Below, one piece after another: positions 1-8,251 of a stretch of 64,000 nt of DNA (the first letter of the stretch is position 1; every line of letters begins with the position of its first letter). The translations under genes and the position numbers were made by a program. The DNA is taken from positions 1-64,000 of the IMG/VR virus record IMGVR_UViG_3300027994_000002; one strand, given 5' to 3'. Source of the DNA: a virus. Below the pieces are notes generated by a model. The model was given only the letters and a program-made list of their open reading frames with translations, had not been told where the DNA came from and ran no database searches.

Positions 1-2
1 CA

Positions 3-1229
3 GAATCCGAAGAAGAGATTTCAGCGGCAGAAGCCGAATGGGATAAGCTGCGTGATGCCGAGCTCGAAAACGAGATGGAGGAAATCACGCCCAAGGACAT
101 TGACTTTGTACCTCCGCAAATTGGCGAAGGGGCCTTTTTGAAGCAACCGGATTCTGACTTGGTTCATGAGATTGAAGATAATCAAGAGGAAGAGGAAGCC
201 GAAGAACAAGAAGTCCTCGCTCGATCTCCAGAGCCAACCGCAAAAGAACTCCAGCTTTTGGAAGAGCTTGCCGAGCTCCGCAAAGCCAATCGCGACCTAC
301 GCGAGAGGTACAACGTTGCCTCCAACAAAGACGGCGTGGAGATGGCCCTCGCGACGGTATCCGTGGAGCGGACGGAAAAAGAATGCGCCCTAATTAAACT
401 GGAAGATGCCTGCCGCCAAATCAAGAAGCTGAAAAGCCAGCCTTCCGCCAAGCTTCCTGACTGGCTGGGCCGAGATGTTCGGGTGGCCTTCCCGTGTTAC
501 AAAACAACAAATCCAGCCACTGCCATGGCTCTTGTGGCCCTCGCCCTCGACTTCGGCAAGGAGCGCATCGGCTTTCTTCCTGGCTTAGGGGATGCCCGCA
601 TTGCCAACAGCCGCAACCGCCTTGCGGCGCAATTCCTGGAAACAGGGGCTAAGTGGTGCCTATGGCTGGATGACGATATGATCCCAACCGTGGGTCGCCC
701 GCAATTCACCCGAGACTTCATTGGCGCGACGCCAGAAGAAGTGCCTGACAAGGTGCTCGGCGTGCACGTTCTCGACCGCCTCATGGCCGCTGGGAAGCAT
801 TTGGTGGGAGCCACGTACTTTGGTCGCCGGAAGTATTCCCCGGCCATGTTCAAGGAAGGCATTGACAACCCCATTGCCTACGAAAAGGCCAAGAAGCTCA
901 CAGGAGAAGTGATCCCTTGCGAATGGGTTGCGACGGGCTGCATGCTCGTCCACCGGGACGTCTTTATTGGCATTCAAAACAGGCACCCTGAGCTCGCGCC
1001 TAATGACAAGCGCAAGAACTGGGATTTCTTCCAAGAAGGCGAAGGAGAAACGGGCGGCGAGGACGTCATGTTCTGTCGTCGCGCCAAGGCCGCAGGCTAT
1101 CAGCCCTACGTGGACACCGGTTGCCTCTGCCTACATGTAGGAGCTCAGGTGTTTGGGAATTGGAACACGACCAACCCGCTTATCCGGCCTATCGGAGCAA
1201 CGCCCATGGAAACCAATTGGTGGAAATGA
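3..1229 (+). CDS. GT-A-type glycosyltransferase with N-terminal acidic coiled-coil; 5' end probably outside window
   Basis: Frame is open from nt 3 (first ATG at 75). Contains the DxD-like motif WCLWLDDDMIP and the C-terminal GGEDVMFCRRAKAAGY...HVG pattern typical of GT2/GT-A enzymes. Confidence 0.6.
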   Translation, partial: ESEEEISAAEAEWDKLRDAELENEMEEITPKDIDFVPPQIGEGAFLKQPDSDLVHEIEDNQEEEEAEEQEVLARSPEPTAKELQLLEELAELRKANRDLRERYNVASNKDGVEMALATVSVERTEKECALIKLEDACRQIKKLKSQPSAKLPDWLGRDVRVAFPCYKTTNPATAMALVALALDFGKERIGFLPGLGDARIANSRNRLAAQFLETGAKWCLWLDDDMIPTVGRPQFTRDFIGATPEEVPDKVLGVHVLDRLMAAGKHLVGATYFGRRKYSPAMFKEGIDNPIAYEKAKKLTGEVIPCEWVATGCMLVHRDVFIGIQNRHPELAPNDKRKNWDFFQEGEGETGGEDVMFCRRAKAAGYQPYVDTGCLCLHVGAQVFGNWNTTNPLIRPIGATPMETNWWK

Positions 1230-1483
1230 ACAAGCTTTCCGAACGGTCCCGTTTCATTGAACTTCTTCTCAAAGAAGAGCTGGAGCCCAGGAGCATGGAT
1301 TGGATCGTCAAGAAAGTCTCCACGCATTTCCTCGGCGAGTACAAGCGCAACGGTCAAATCGATTTTCACCGCCAGATCTGGAATAGCGTTTACTCCATGA
1401 CCGCAACGCCGATGAAGCGGCCTAAGCTCATTAAAACACTCAGCCCAGACGGCCTCGCGCTGTTTTCTTACAACCGAAATTAA
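1226..1483 (+). CDS. hypothetical protein (85 aa)
   Basis: In-frame ATG forms an ATGA overlap with the upstream stop. Chosen as an internal start of the 1121..1483 ORF. Confidence 0.45.
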   Translation: MNKLSERSRFIELLLKEELEPRSMDWIVKKVSTHFLGEYKRNGQIDFHRQIWNSVYSMTATPMKRPKLIKTLSPDGLALFSYNRN

Positions 1484-1803
1484 TGCACACCTTCGAGCCC
1501 AAAGACCCCATTGAAGTCATCACGCCACACGGCCCCGGCGTTGTCGTCTATGTGACGGTGTACGGCCCTCATGCTAACGACCTCTGGTGTGTTGCAACCA
1601 AAGCCGACGGCCAACTCCGTCACTATCAGACCATCCAGCTCCGCCTTGCTGAGAGCGGAGTTCTGGAGATGAATGAAAAGCTAGCCGCTGAGCCTGTCTT
1701 TACAGCCGGACAAACAATGGCAATTGCTGAAAGCCAGCGCGCAGGGCACAACTCCAACGTTCCGCAGTGGTTTAGGGATTATGCCGCAAAAGGAAGAGAT
1801 TAA
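1483..1803 (+). CDS. hypothetical protein (106 aa)
   Basis: ORF with a TAATG stop-start overlap to the previous gene. Confidence 0.5.
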   Translation: MHTFEPKDPIEVITPHGPGVVVYVTVYGPHANDLWCVATKADGQLRHYQTIQLRLAESGVLEMNEKLAAEPVFTAGQTMAIAESQRAGHNSNVPQWFRDYAAKGRD

Positions 1804-1804
1804 A

Positions 1805-2122
1805 ATGAAACGAACCAAAGGCAGCACGCGCCCGGAAGACCCAGCCCTCAGCGCACAAGCGGATACAGTCGCGGATTCCATTGCGAAAGCCTTCGATGCC
1901 TGGATTAAGCCCGAGCTCACGAAGATCATCGGCAAAGAGGCAACGGATAAGATCGGCGGCATGGACTTTGATTCGGTCCTCAAACTGAACTACCACATGC
2001 TCTATGTGGATCGCAGTCACATCCAACGAAAGAACGGCGCAACCTTCATTTTCAAGCTCATGCAGGGCATCCCCGGTAACGCCCGTCAAATCGCTAAGAT
2101 GGAGTACAAAATTTATCTATGA
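1805..2122 (+). CDS. hypothetical protein (105 aa)
   Basis: ATG lies 2 nt after the previous stop and is internal to the 1724..2122 ORF. N-terminus reads MKRTKGSTRPED. Confidence 0.45.
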   Translation: MKRTKGSTRPEDPALSAQADTVADSIAKAFDAWIKPELTKIIGKEATDKIGGMDFDSVLKLNYHMLYVDRSHIQRKNGATFIFKLMQGIPGNARQIAKMEYKIYL

Positions 2123-2562
2123 TTAACACAAACGAAAACACAGTCCTTATTATTGGCAAGGCGGCTTCTGGTAAATCCACTCTTGCCTCGAAACTCTATA
2201 AAGAGCATCCGGAATTCCTTCTCTTTCGCAGCGACGACTACATTCATCACGGCTATGAGCAAAGCCTGTACGCCCTCATGGATGACATCACCAAAAATAA
2301 AGGCAAGAAGATGATTATCGAGGGCGTTCAAGGCTACCGCTTGCTCCGCAAGGGCGTGGAGCTGGGGACTTTCACCCCTGATGTCATTTTCATTACAGAG
2401 GCTAGCTTTCAAGAGCGCTGCGCCCGCTACATGAACCGAGGTGAATCTGATAAAATCAAGAAACTTCCGGGTTTTGACAAAAATCTCGACACCGTTTATC
2501 GGGAATACCTCCAGAACCGAACCACGGAACCGCGTACTGTAGAAATTGAAACCGAATTATGA
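2119..2562 (+). CDS. P-loop NTPase / small-molecule or nucleic-acid kinase-like protein
   Basis: Walker A motif IIGKAASGKST near the N-terminus. The 147-aa size fits the adenylate/gluconate-kinase-like P-loop kinase class. ATGA overlap with the upstream gene. Confidence 0.6.
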   Translation: MINTNENTVLIIGKAASGKSTLASKLYKEHPEFLLFRSDDYIHHGYEQSLYALMDDITKNKGKKMIIEGVQGYRLLRKGVELGTFTPDVIFITEASFQERCARYMNRGESDKIKKLPGFDKNLDTVYREYLQNRTTEPRTVEIETEL

Positions 2563-2738
2563 TCAAACTTACTAACATCACCTCCGGGTCTCCGGAAGAA
2601 ATCTATATCTCAGTGGACAAAATCATCTCCGTTTATCCTCTAGAAGGCGGTTCAGGCGTATTTGTAGTAGGCGAAATTGTGTATGGCGTCAGCGAAACGC
2701 CCGAAGTTGTAGTTTCTTTTATCAACAGGACCCTATGA
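2559..2738 (+). CDS. small hypothetical protein (59 aa)
   Basis: Falls below the ORF-track cutoff. ATGA overlaps at both ends bridge the neighbouring genes exactly. Confidence 0.4.
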   Translation: MIKLTNITSGSPEEIYISVDKIISVYPLEGGSGVFVVGEIVYGVSETPEVVVSFINRTL

Positions 2739-3469
2739 ACAAAAAGCCTACAACTCTATTATTGATCCTGCCCTACTGGCGGGAAGATCAGAAGCAGGTC
2801 GAGAAAGTCGCCCGCCTTTGCTCCGACCTCTTGCCTGAATTTGCAGAGAATGCCGAGATCATGCTCGTAACTCGTTACGATGCACCTCCGCCCAGTACCA
2901 GCATCCAAATTGCCCTCCAGCAAAAGTTCAACAAGGTCCATGTGTGGAAGTGCAACCGTGTTGGCGACGGCTTCCCCGGGGGATGCAATGAAATGGCCTA
3001 CGGTATTTTCAACCATGTCCTCACCCAGCGGCACATGAACGCAGGCTTCAAGAATATCGACGTCCTGTTCCTCCTGGAGGGCGATTGCGTTTTAACCCGG
3101 CCAACCTGGCTGGAAGAACTTATCGCGGCCTGGGAGGATCGAGGGGACGGTAAGCACATCGTTGGTACGAAGCAAGACGCCATCCCCGACTGGTCCAATG
3201 ACCATATCAACGCCGTTGCCTTGTACGACCCGGAAATCACTCGTAAATTTCCCTTCCTTGTCGGCGGCCCGCTCCATGTCGGCTGGGACACCTACCACGG
3301 CCCCGCGCTCATCCCCTTCGCAACCGATTCCAAGCTCTTCAAGCTGGACTACAAGCGGCCTTCGATTACCAAGGAAGAACTTTTTGCAAAGGATTTTCCG
3401 TTGGTTTACCACGGTGTCAAGGACAACTCAGCACTTGAGGCCGTACGCAAGAAGTGGATTCTGAAATGA
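2735..3469 (+). CDS. putative glycosyltransferase-like protein
   Basis: N-terminal beta-strand LLLILPYW, a central LLEGDCVL acidic motif in the DxD position, and genomic context among sugar enzymes. No firm family motif. Confidence 0.4.
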   Translation: MNKKPTTLLLILPYWREDQKQVEKVARLCSDLLPEFAENAEIMLVTRYDAPPPSTSIQIALQQKFNKVHVWKCNRVGDGFPGGCNEMAYGIFNHVLTQRHMNAGFKNIDVLFLLEGDCVLTRPTWLEELIAAWEDRGDGKHIVGTKQDAIPDWSNDHINAVALYDPEITRKFPFLVGGPLHVGWDTYHGPALIPFATDSKLFKLDYKRPSITKEELFAKDFPLVYHGVKDNSALEAVRKKWILK

Positions 3470-4035
3470 ATAATCTGCTTAGGCCTTGTTTCTGCGTTTA
3501 CGCCCTGTGTGAGCCGAACTCAAGCAAGGTCCGCTATGTAGGCAAAACATCCAACCTTAAAGGCAGGTTCAAAAGGCACCTAGAAACAAAAGATGAAAGG
3601 AGCCACCTTTATAGGTGGGTGAAAAAGCTTCAGAAATCGGGAAAAAATCCAGAGATAAAGGTACTTCAGGAATGCTTTTCCGACGCAGCCGCTTACGAGG
3701 CGGAAATTTATTGGATTTCAGAATACCTGTCCAAAGGTGAAAAATTGTGCAATAAGACCAAAGGAGGGCTTGGTGCTGTTGCGCTTGGAAAAAGGCCCGG
3801 ATACTGGAATAGGGCGATTTCAAAATCGCGGAAAGGGGTTCCTTGGTCAAAGGAAAACAAGGAAATATTGAGGGATAGCCATATTCTATTGTCTCCAGAG
3901 CAAAGAGCTGAGATTAAAATCCTTAAGAAAACAAATTCCTTGTCTACTTTAGCCAAGATTTACGGAGTAAGTCCGGGAACAATCAATATCGCCGTTCACG
4001 ATTACTACTACCCCAACCGAAAGCAGGACAAATGA
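3466..4035 (+). CDS. GIY-YIG homing-endonuclease-like protein with C-terminal HTH
   Basis: Motifs CVYAL...VRYVGKTSNLKGRFKRH...YEAEIYWISEY match the GIY / YIG / R / E order. C-terminal LSTLAKIYGVSPGTINIAV looks like an HTH. The gene is visibly more AT-rich than its flanks. The start forms an ATGA overlap. Confidence 0.75.
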   Translation: MNNLLRPCFCVYALCEPNSSKVRYVGKTSNLKGRFKRHLETKDERSHLYRWVKKLQKSGKNPEIKVLQECFSDAAAYEAEIYWISEYLSKGEKLCNKTKGGLGAVALGKRPGYWNRAISKSRKGVPWSKENKEILRDSHILLSPEQRAEIKILKKTNSLSTLAKIYGVSPGTINIAVHDYYYPNRKQDK

Positions 4036-4775
4036 ATCCCGGCCTACTAGTTGCAGTCCATTGCTATCAAGGAGACAGGCATCAAGTTGAAATGCTGCTG
4101 CCGTATTTCTGTCACCACGAGGCACCCGTTGTCATTGTTTCCCCAGTTGATTCTCAGGTTCACTATATCGGTCCTCATCACACTAAATGCGCTGGACTAG
4201 TCCAGTATTTCGGCCAAAAATCTTGGGATAGGCAGTACGCCCAACTTAAATTACTACTGATTGACTACCCGGAAATAGAGTGGTTCCTGCTTAATGATGC
4301 AGATAGCTTTTGCCTCACGCCGAAGCTGCCGGATTACCTATTTGAAGACAAATACACTGTTTATTCAAATGAGGTGGAAGACTTCAGGAAGCCTGGGGGC
4401 AACACGTTTACTCCCCCCGGCATGGATTATTGGCCCCTAGACTACCACGCAGGCTTTGACCTCGTCGCCATGCAGCCCCCTTATTTCCTATCCAGGCAAG
4501 CACTCGAAAAAATTGTGGAAACCTGCGAGGGCATGGCCGCCTGCCCAACAACCCCATTTATTGATTGGTGGTGGATACCTGCTTGCAAGAAGGCGGGACT
4601 AAAACACCTTCCATTTAGAACCGGAGCTTCCTGTGAAACCGTCACGCCTAACGGGAAGGCCTGCATGCGCTCTGCGATCCTTACTTCGGGAGCCACCTTC
4701 ATCCATGCCGTCAAGGATCAAGAAGCCTTGAACGGTGTTTTGACGGCCCATTACGAAAGAACGACAAAACCATGA
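4032..4775 (+). CDS. putative glycosyltransferase-like protein (DxD motif)
   Basis: WFLLNDADSFCL is DxD-like, the N-terminal strand is LLVAVHCYQGD, and the context is sugar metabolism. The assignment is weak. Confidence 0.35.
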   Translation: MNPGLLVAVHCYQGDRHQVEMLLPYFCHHEAPVVIVSPVDSQVHYIGPHHTKCAGLVQYFGQKSWDRQYAQLKLLLIDYPEIEWFLLNDADSFCLTPKLPDYLFEDKYTVYSNEVEDFRKPGGNTFTPPGMDYWPLDYHAGFDLVAMQPPYFLSRQALEKIVETCEGMAACPTTPFIDWWWIPACKKAGLKHLPFRTGASCETVTPNGKACMRSAILTSGATFIHAVKDQEALNGVLTAHYERTTKP

Positions 4776-4897
4776 ACAAAATCGACTGGCTGGGAGTTTT
4801 CTTCGCTTGCCTTGGCGTTTCGGTTGTTACTCCGATCGCACTTTCCAGCCTCTACCTCTGCGTCCTGATTGTTATTGAAATCTGGAAATGCCTATGA
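4772..4897 (+). CDS. small hydrophobic membrane peptide (41 aa)
   Basis: Sequence MNKIDWLGVFFACLGVSVVTPIALSSLYLCVLIVIEIWKCL. ATGA overlaps at both ends. Confidence 0.4.
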   Translation: MNKIDWLGVFFACLGVSVVTPIALSSLYLCVLIVIEIWKCL

Positions 4898-5814
4898 AAA
4901 AAATGCTGATCACAGGCCACAAGGGCCTCCTTGGAAGTGCCTGCGTGCGGCATTTTAAGGGTAAATGCGAAATCATCACCGTTGCGGGAGATTTAAGGGA
5001 CCCCGGTGTTCCTCGACATTGCATGAAATGGAACAAGCCTGACATTGTCATCAATTGCGCGGCCAAAGTAGGCGGCGTGAAGGCCAATCGGGATCATCCC
5101 GTGGAGTTCATGCTTGATAACCTGCGCATCCAGTCCAATATGATGGAAAGCTCGCACGATTACGGCGTGGAGACCTTCATCCACATCGCCAGCTCCTGCA
5201 TGTTCCCAAAAGATGCCGCCCTACCGGTCCAAGAAAGCAGTCTTTTCACGGGCAAATTCGAGGATAGCGTGGAAAGCTACGCCCTGGCCAAAATCGCAGG
5301 CTGGAGGCTTGCCAAGGCCTATTTTGAGCAACACAAAGACCGCTTCTTGACCGTTGCGCCGTCCAACGTCTACGGCCTCAATGATTCTTACGGCGAGCAA
5401 GCTCACGTCATCCCGGCCCTCATGCGAAAGTACGCGGAAGCCTGTAAAGGCGGAGCTCCCTTTGAAGTCTGGGGCGTTGGCGATGCGGTTCGTGAGTTCA
5501 TCTTCGCGGACGACGTTGCTTCGGCGATTGAAGCCGTCATCAACAAGTGGAAAACGCCCGAAATTGTCAGCATCGGAACCGGCATCGGCACCAGCATCCG
5601 CGACCTTGTCCTCACGATGATCGAGGTTGCGCCCTTGGAGCTCAAGCCTGCCCCTCACATTGTTTGGAACGCCTCGCAGCCCACGGGCATCCCTAGGAAG
5701 GTTTTCGATGTGTCTAAAATCAAGAGCCTAGGATGGGAGCCTCAAACAACCCTGGAAGACGGCCTACGCCTGACCTGGCGGGACTTCCTCAAAGGAAAGC
5801 CGAGGGGCACGTGA
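4894..5814 (+). CDS. fcl: GDP-L-fucose synthase (GDP-4-keto-6-deoxy-D-mannose 3,5-epimerase/4-reductase)
   Basis: Motifs ITGHKGLLGSA (Rossmann), NCAAKVGGVKANRDHPVEFMLDNLRIQSN, SSCMFPK, and YALAKIAG (YxxxK), with a length near 306 aa. These are classic Fcl/WcaG SDR features. Confidence 0.85.
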   Translation: MKKMLITGHKGLLGSACVRHFKGKCEIITVAGDLRDPGVPRHCMKWNKPDIVINCAAKVGGVKANRDHPVEFMLDNLRIQSNMMESSHDYGVETFIHIASSCMFPKDAALPVQESSLFTGKFEDSVESYALAKIAGWRLAKAYFEQHKDRFLTVAPSNVYGLNDSYGEQAHVIPALMRKYAEACKGGAPFEVWGVGDAVREFIFADDVASAIEAVINKWKTPEIVSIGTGIGTSIRDLVLTMIEVAPLELKPAPHIVWNASQPTGIPRKVFDVSKIKSLGWEPQTTLEDGLRLTWRDFLKGKPRGT

Positions 5815-6113
5815 ACAGAGATACGCCCTACACCGCCAATCAATGCGCGGATTTCCTTAGTAAAGACAGGAATCGAATTTTAGGCCTAATCCAAAAGGAG
5901 GTCGCAAATCCTGCCTGCGGAAATTTCAAGCCAGTCCGGTACGAATTTGAAGTTGGTTCAACCGTAGGTGAATTTAAGAAAGACTACATTGAAGCCACGG
6001 AATACCTGAAAATCCTATGCGCACACCTTCGATTTAGGCCAAAAGAAGCAACCGTTCTTTGCCTCTACGACTTCAGCGCGCTTAAAACTAAAATCAGGTA
6101 TGAACTGAAATGA
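5811..6113 (+). CDS. hypothetical protein whose N-terminus resembles the N-terminus of the putative capsid protein
   Basis: GTGA overlap start. YTANQCADFLSKDRNRILGLIQKEVA aligns with ITPAQVSDFANKDSNRLIGKIAEVLA in the 6972 gene. Confidence 0.45.
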   Translation: MNRDTPYTANQCADFLSKDRNRILGLIQKEVANPACGNFKPVRYEFEVGSTVGEFKKDYIEATEYLKILCAHLRFRPKEATVLCLYDFSALKTKIRYELK

Positions 6114-6304
6114 ATATCGAGGACTACGACATCGTTCAAGAGGCCGACGAGGAAAAGCTCAAAGAATCCGTTAAACGCATGATGAAAGAAGGATGGGAGC
6201 CTATCGGCGGCGTATCCGTGAATCAATACAAATACATCGGCGAATACGATTATCAAAACCACTACCGAACGGCCTATTGCCAGGCCATGATCAAAACAAA
6301 ATGA
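6110..6304 (+). CDS. small protein, DUF1737-like
   Basis: YDIVQEADEEKLKESVKRMMKEGWEPIGGVSV matches my recollection of the DUF1737 pattern (..L...V......GW.P.GG). ATGA overlap. Confidence 0.45.
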   Translation: MNIEDYDIVQEADEEKLKESVKRMMKEGWEPIGGVSVNQYKYIGEYDYQNHYRTAYCQAMIKTK

Positions 6305-6441
6305 GCGATAAACTCCAGCGATGCCTAGAAGCCGCCGGAGTCTTCATTATCCTCGCCTATTGGGAAGCCCCCAAGCCTTACCTAGCCCTAGTGATCGCCG
6401 TCCATGTAATACGGGAAGCGATTTTTGATTCGAGGAAATGA
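6301..6441 (+). CDS. small membrane protein (46 aa)
   Basis: ATGA overlaps at both ends. Hydrophobic core AAGVFIILAYWEAPKPYLALVIAVHVI. Confidence 0.4.
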   Translation: MSDKLQRCLEAAGVFIILAYWEAPKPYLALVIAVHVIREAIFDSRK

Positions 6442-6743
6442 AATCTAAAAGACAAATTGCCTACAGCGAATATCTTAAAAGCAATCACTGGCAAACTTTC
6501 AGGACGATAGCCCTGATATCCCACGGCTACAAGTGCGCTCATTGCGGCTCCACGAGCAAGCTTCAAGTTCATCACACGCGATACCGATCCTCATGGGAGG
6601 ATGTTCGGGTAGAGGACGTGCAGGTCTTGTGCCGGAAATGCCATAAAATGGAGCATGGAATTTTTAAGGGAAAAGGGCGTAAGAAAAGAAGGAGCACAAT
6701 GAAACGAATCAGGGCCTTAGAAAAGAGTTTTGGAATAAAATAA
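6438..6743 (+). CDS. HNH endonuclease
   Basis: YKCAHCGSTSKLQVHHTRY...VLCRKCHKMEH gives the CxxC...HH...CxxCH HNH/zinc architecture. Confidence 0.75.
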   Translation: MKSKRQIAYSEYLKSNHWQTFRTIALISHGYKCAHCGSTSKLQVHHTRYRSSWEDVRVEDVQVLCRKCHKMEHGIFKGKGRKKRRSTMKRIRALEKSFGIK

Positions 6744-6745
6744 AG

Positions 6746-6774
6746 CTTGCACGCAAATAAAGGATGAGCGATAA
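6746..6774 (+). promoter_or_regulatory. candidate sigma70-like promoter ahead of the capsid/late block
   Basis: TTGCAC-17 nt-GATAAG, preceded by an A/T-rich stretch. It loosely resembles the recurrent TTGCTT/TAGAGT cassette. Weak. Confidence 0.25.
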
Positions 6775-6945
6775 GTACCTCAATCCATAATATCGTTTCA
6801 CTCGCCGCTATATCGACGGCCTCCTTCTTGCAAGCAGAAGTAAAAGCAGGCATCGGGCTTAAGTTAGTAGTTCCGTTGAGCCGGGAACAAACATCAGTCA
6901 ACCGTTTGTTTTAACCCGGCCTCGTTGCGCCTAAGAACCGCACGG

Positions 6946-6962
6946 GCCTTTCCAAGAAAGGC
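6946..6962 (+). promoter_or_regulatory. 7-bp hairpin overlapping the probable SD of the capsid gene
   Basis: GCCTTTC-caa-GAAAGGC. The 3' arm contains AAAGG about 10 nt upstream of ATG 6972. Confidence 0.25.
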
Positions 6963-6971
6963 ACCACCTAT

Positions 6972-8180
6972 ATGGCGGACTGCATTACCCCGGCGCAAGT
7001 CAGTGACTTCGCCAATAAAGATTCCAATCGTCTCATCGGCAAAATCGCCGAAGTCCTGGCCCGTAAGTCCCCCTACATGGACGTCATGGATGGCGGCACC
7101 CTACCCAACGTGAGTGACGTCGTTCGCTCAGTTGTTCAGGAACGCGCTGTTGTCGGCACCTCCCTCGCCAATCCGACCTTCCAGCCGGACATCGAAATGT
7201 GCGCAGGCCCAGTCAGTCAGGATAACGTCGGCAGCACGGAATACAGCTTCCAGCTGGAATCCATGCGCGGTCAAGGCCCCCGTGTTTGCGTCAAGCAATC
7301 CCGCACGGCCTTTAAGGGCTCCTATCTTCAGGCGCAGCAGAGCCTCGAAAAGGCCATCCTGCAGATCATGAACTCGGATAACCGGGCTCAGCTCCTGTAC
7401 CGTTCCGGCGTCAAGTTTAACGTGAACACCAACTACGGGTTCAGCACGGATCTGACGGGCGACATGCAGCAGATCAACACCTTGTTCCTCAACGTCCTCC
7501 CTAACGCGCCGCTGAGCTTCAAGATCGTGAAGCTGTTGAGCCAGTTCCTCGTGAACGAGATGCTCGCCGATCCTTATACCACCAACGGCATGGGCGAGAT
7601 GTTCAAGTTCATCGGTTCCATGGACATCATCGAACGCTTCCGCGACGAGCTCGACATCAAGGCCGACATTCGCGCCCTGACGACGGGTCAGTACAAGCTG
7701 GGCGAAAAGTCCATCGCGGGCTACCAGTTCGAGGGCCCTTACCGGGGTATTGGGTTTGGAGTCGACAGCCAGCCGCTGCGCTTCAACACGATCACCGGAG
7801 GTATTCCTAACTTCATTGAGCCTGAGATCGGCGTTGTAACCACTCGAGGCGTCGCCGCCCGCCGCAACCCCGCCTGGGTTCAGGCCTTGTACGAGGTCGC
7901 GTTCCTGTCCGCCCCTGGGGCCTTCAAGCGGCTTGTGCCGGAACAGTATACCGGCGAAGGCACGTTCAAGTTCAACCCGCAGCTTGCCATGGGCGAACTC
8001 AAGTGGCACTACGTTCTGGATAATGATTGCAATCGCTTCGGTGATTTCGGTCAGCACATTTACCAGATCAGCCGAGCCATTCAGCCCGTGCGTCCGCAGA
8101 ACGTGATTCCCATCATCTACGCCCGCTGCCCGTACGACCTCGCTACGACCTCTTGCGGTTCTAGCTCCATCGGCCTGTAA
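6972..8180 (+). CDS. putative major capsid protein
   Basis: A 402-aa ORF that opens the structural block. It has long intergenic regions on both sides and a strong hairpin right after the stop, and fibre genes follow. The call rests on size and position only. Confidence 0.55.
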   Translation: MADCITPAQVSDFANKDSNRLIGKIAEVLARKSPYMDVMDGGTLPNVSDVVRSVVQERAVVGTSLANPTFQPDIEMCAGPVSQDNVGSTEYSFQLESMRGQGPRVCVKQSRTAFKGSYLQAQQSLEKAILQIMNSDNRAQLLYRSGVKFNVNTNYGFSTDLTGDMQQINTLFLNVLPNAPLSFKIVKLLSQFLVNEMLADPYTTNGMGEMFKFIGSMDIIERFRDELDIKADIRALTTGQYKLGEKSIAGYQFEGPYRGIGFGVDSQPLRFNTITGGIPNFIEPEIGVVTTRGVAARRNPAWVQALYEVAFLSAPGAFKRLVPEQYTGEGTFKFNPQLAMGELKWHYVLDNDCNRFGDFGQHIYQISRAIQPVRPQNVIPIIYARCPYDLATTSCGSSSIGL

Positions 8181-8196
8181 TCCATTAGGCTAATAC

Positions 8197-8228
8197 ATTG
8201 CGCCTTTTCAGAAATGGAAGGGCGCAAT
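8197..8228 (+). terminator. strong stem-loop after the capsid gene (terminator or mRNA-stabilising hairpin)
   Basis: ATTGCGCCTTT-loop-AAGGGCGCAAT forms about 11 bp including one G-U pair. No clear U-tract follows. Confidence 0.45.
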
Positions 8229-8251
8229 AATTAGCTCAAGGATTTAAAACT

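Noticed and set aside
7128-8057. A 309-aa minus-strand ORF inside the putative capsid gene.
   Set aside because: It is fully antisense to a longer, better-supported + strand ORF. Its Arg/Gly/Ala/Leu-rich composition is typical of the reverse frame of a GC3-rich gene. It has no promoter cassette or SD.
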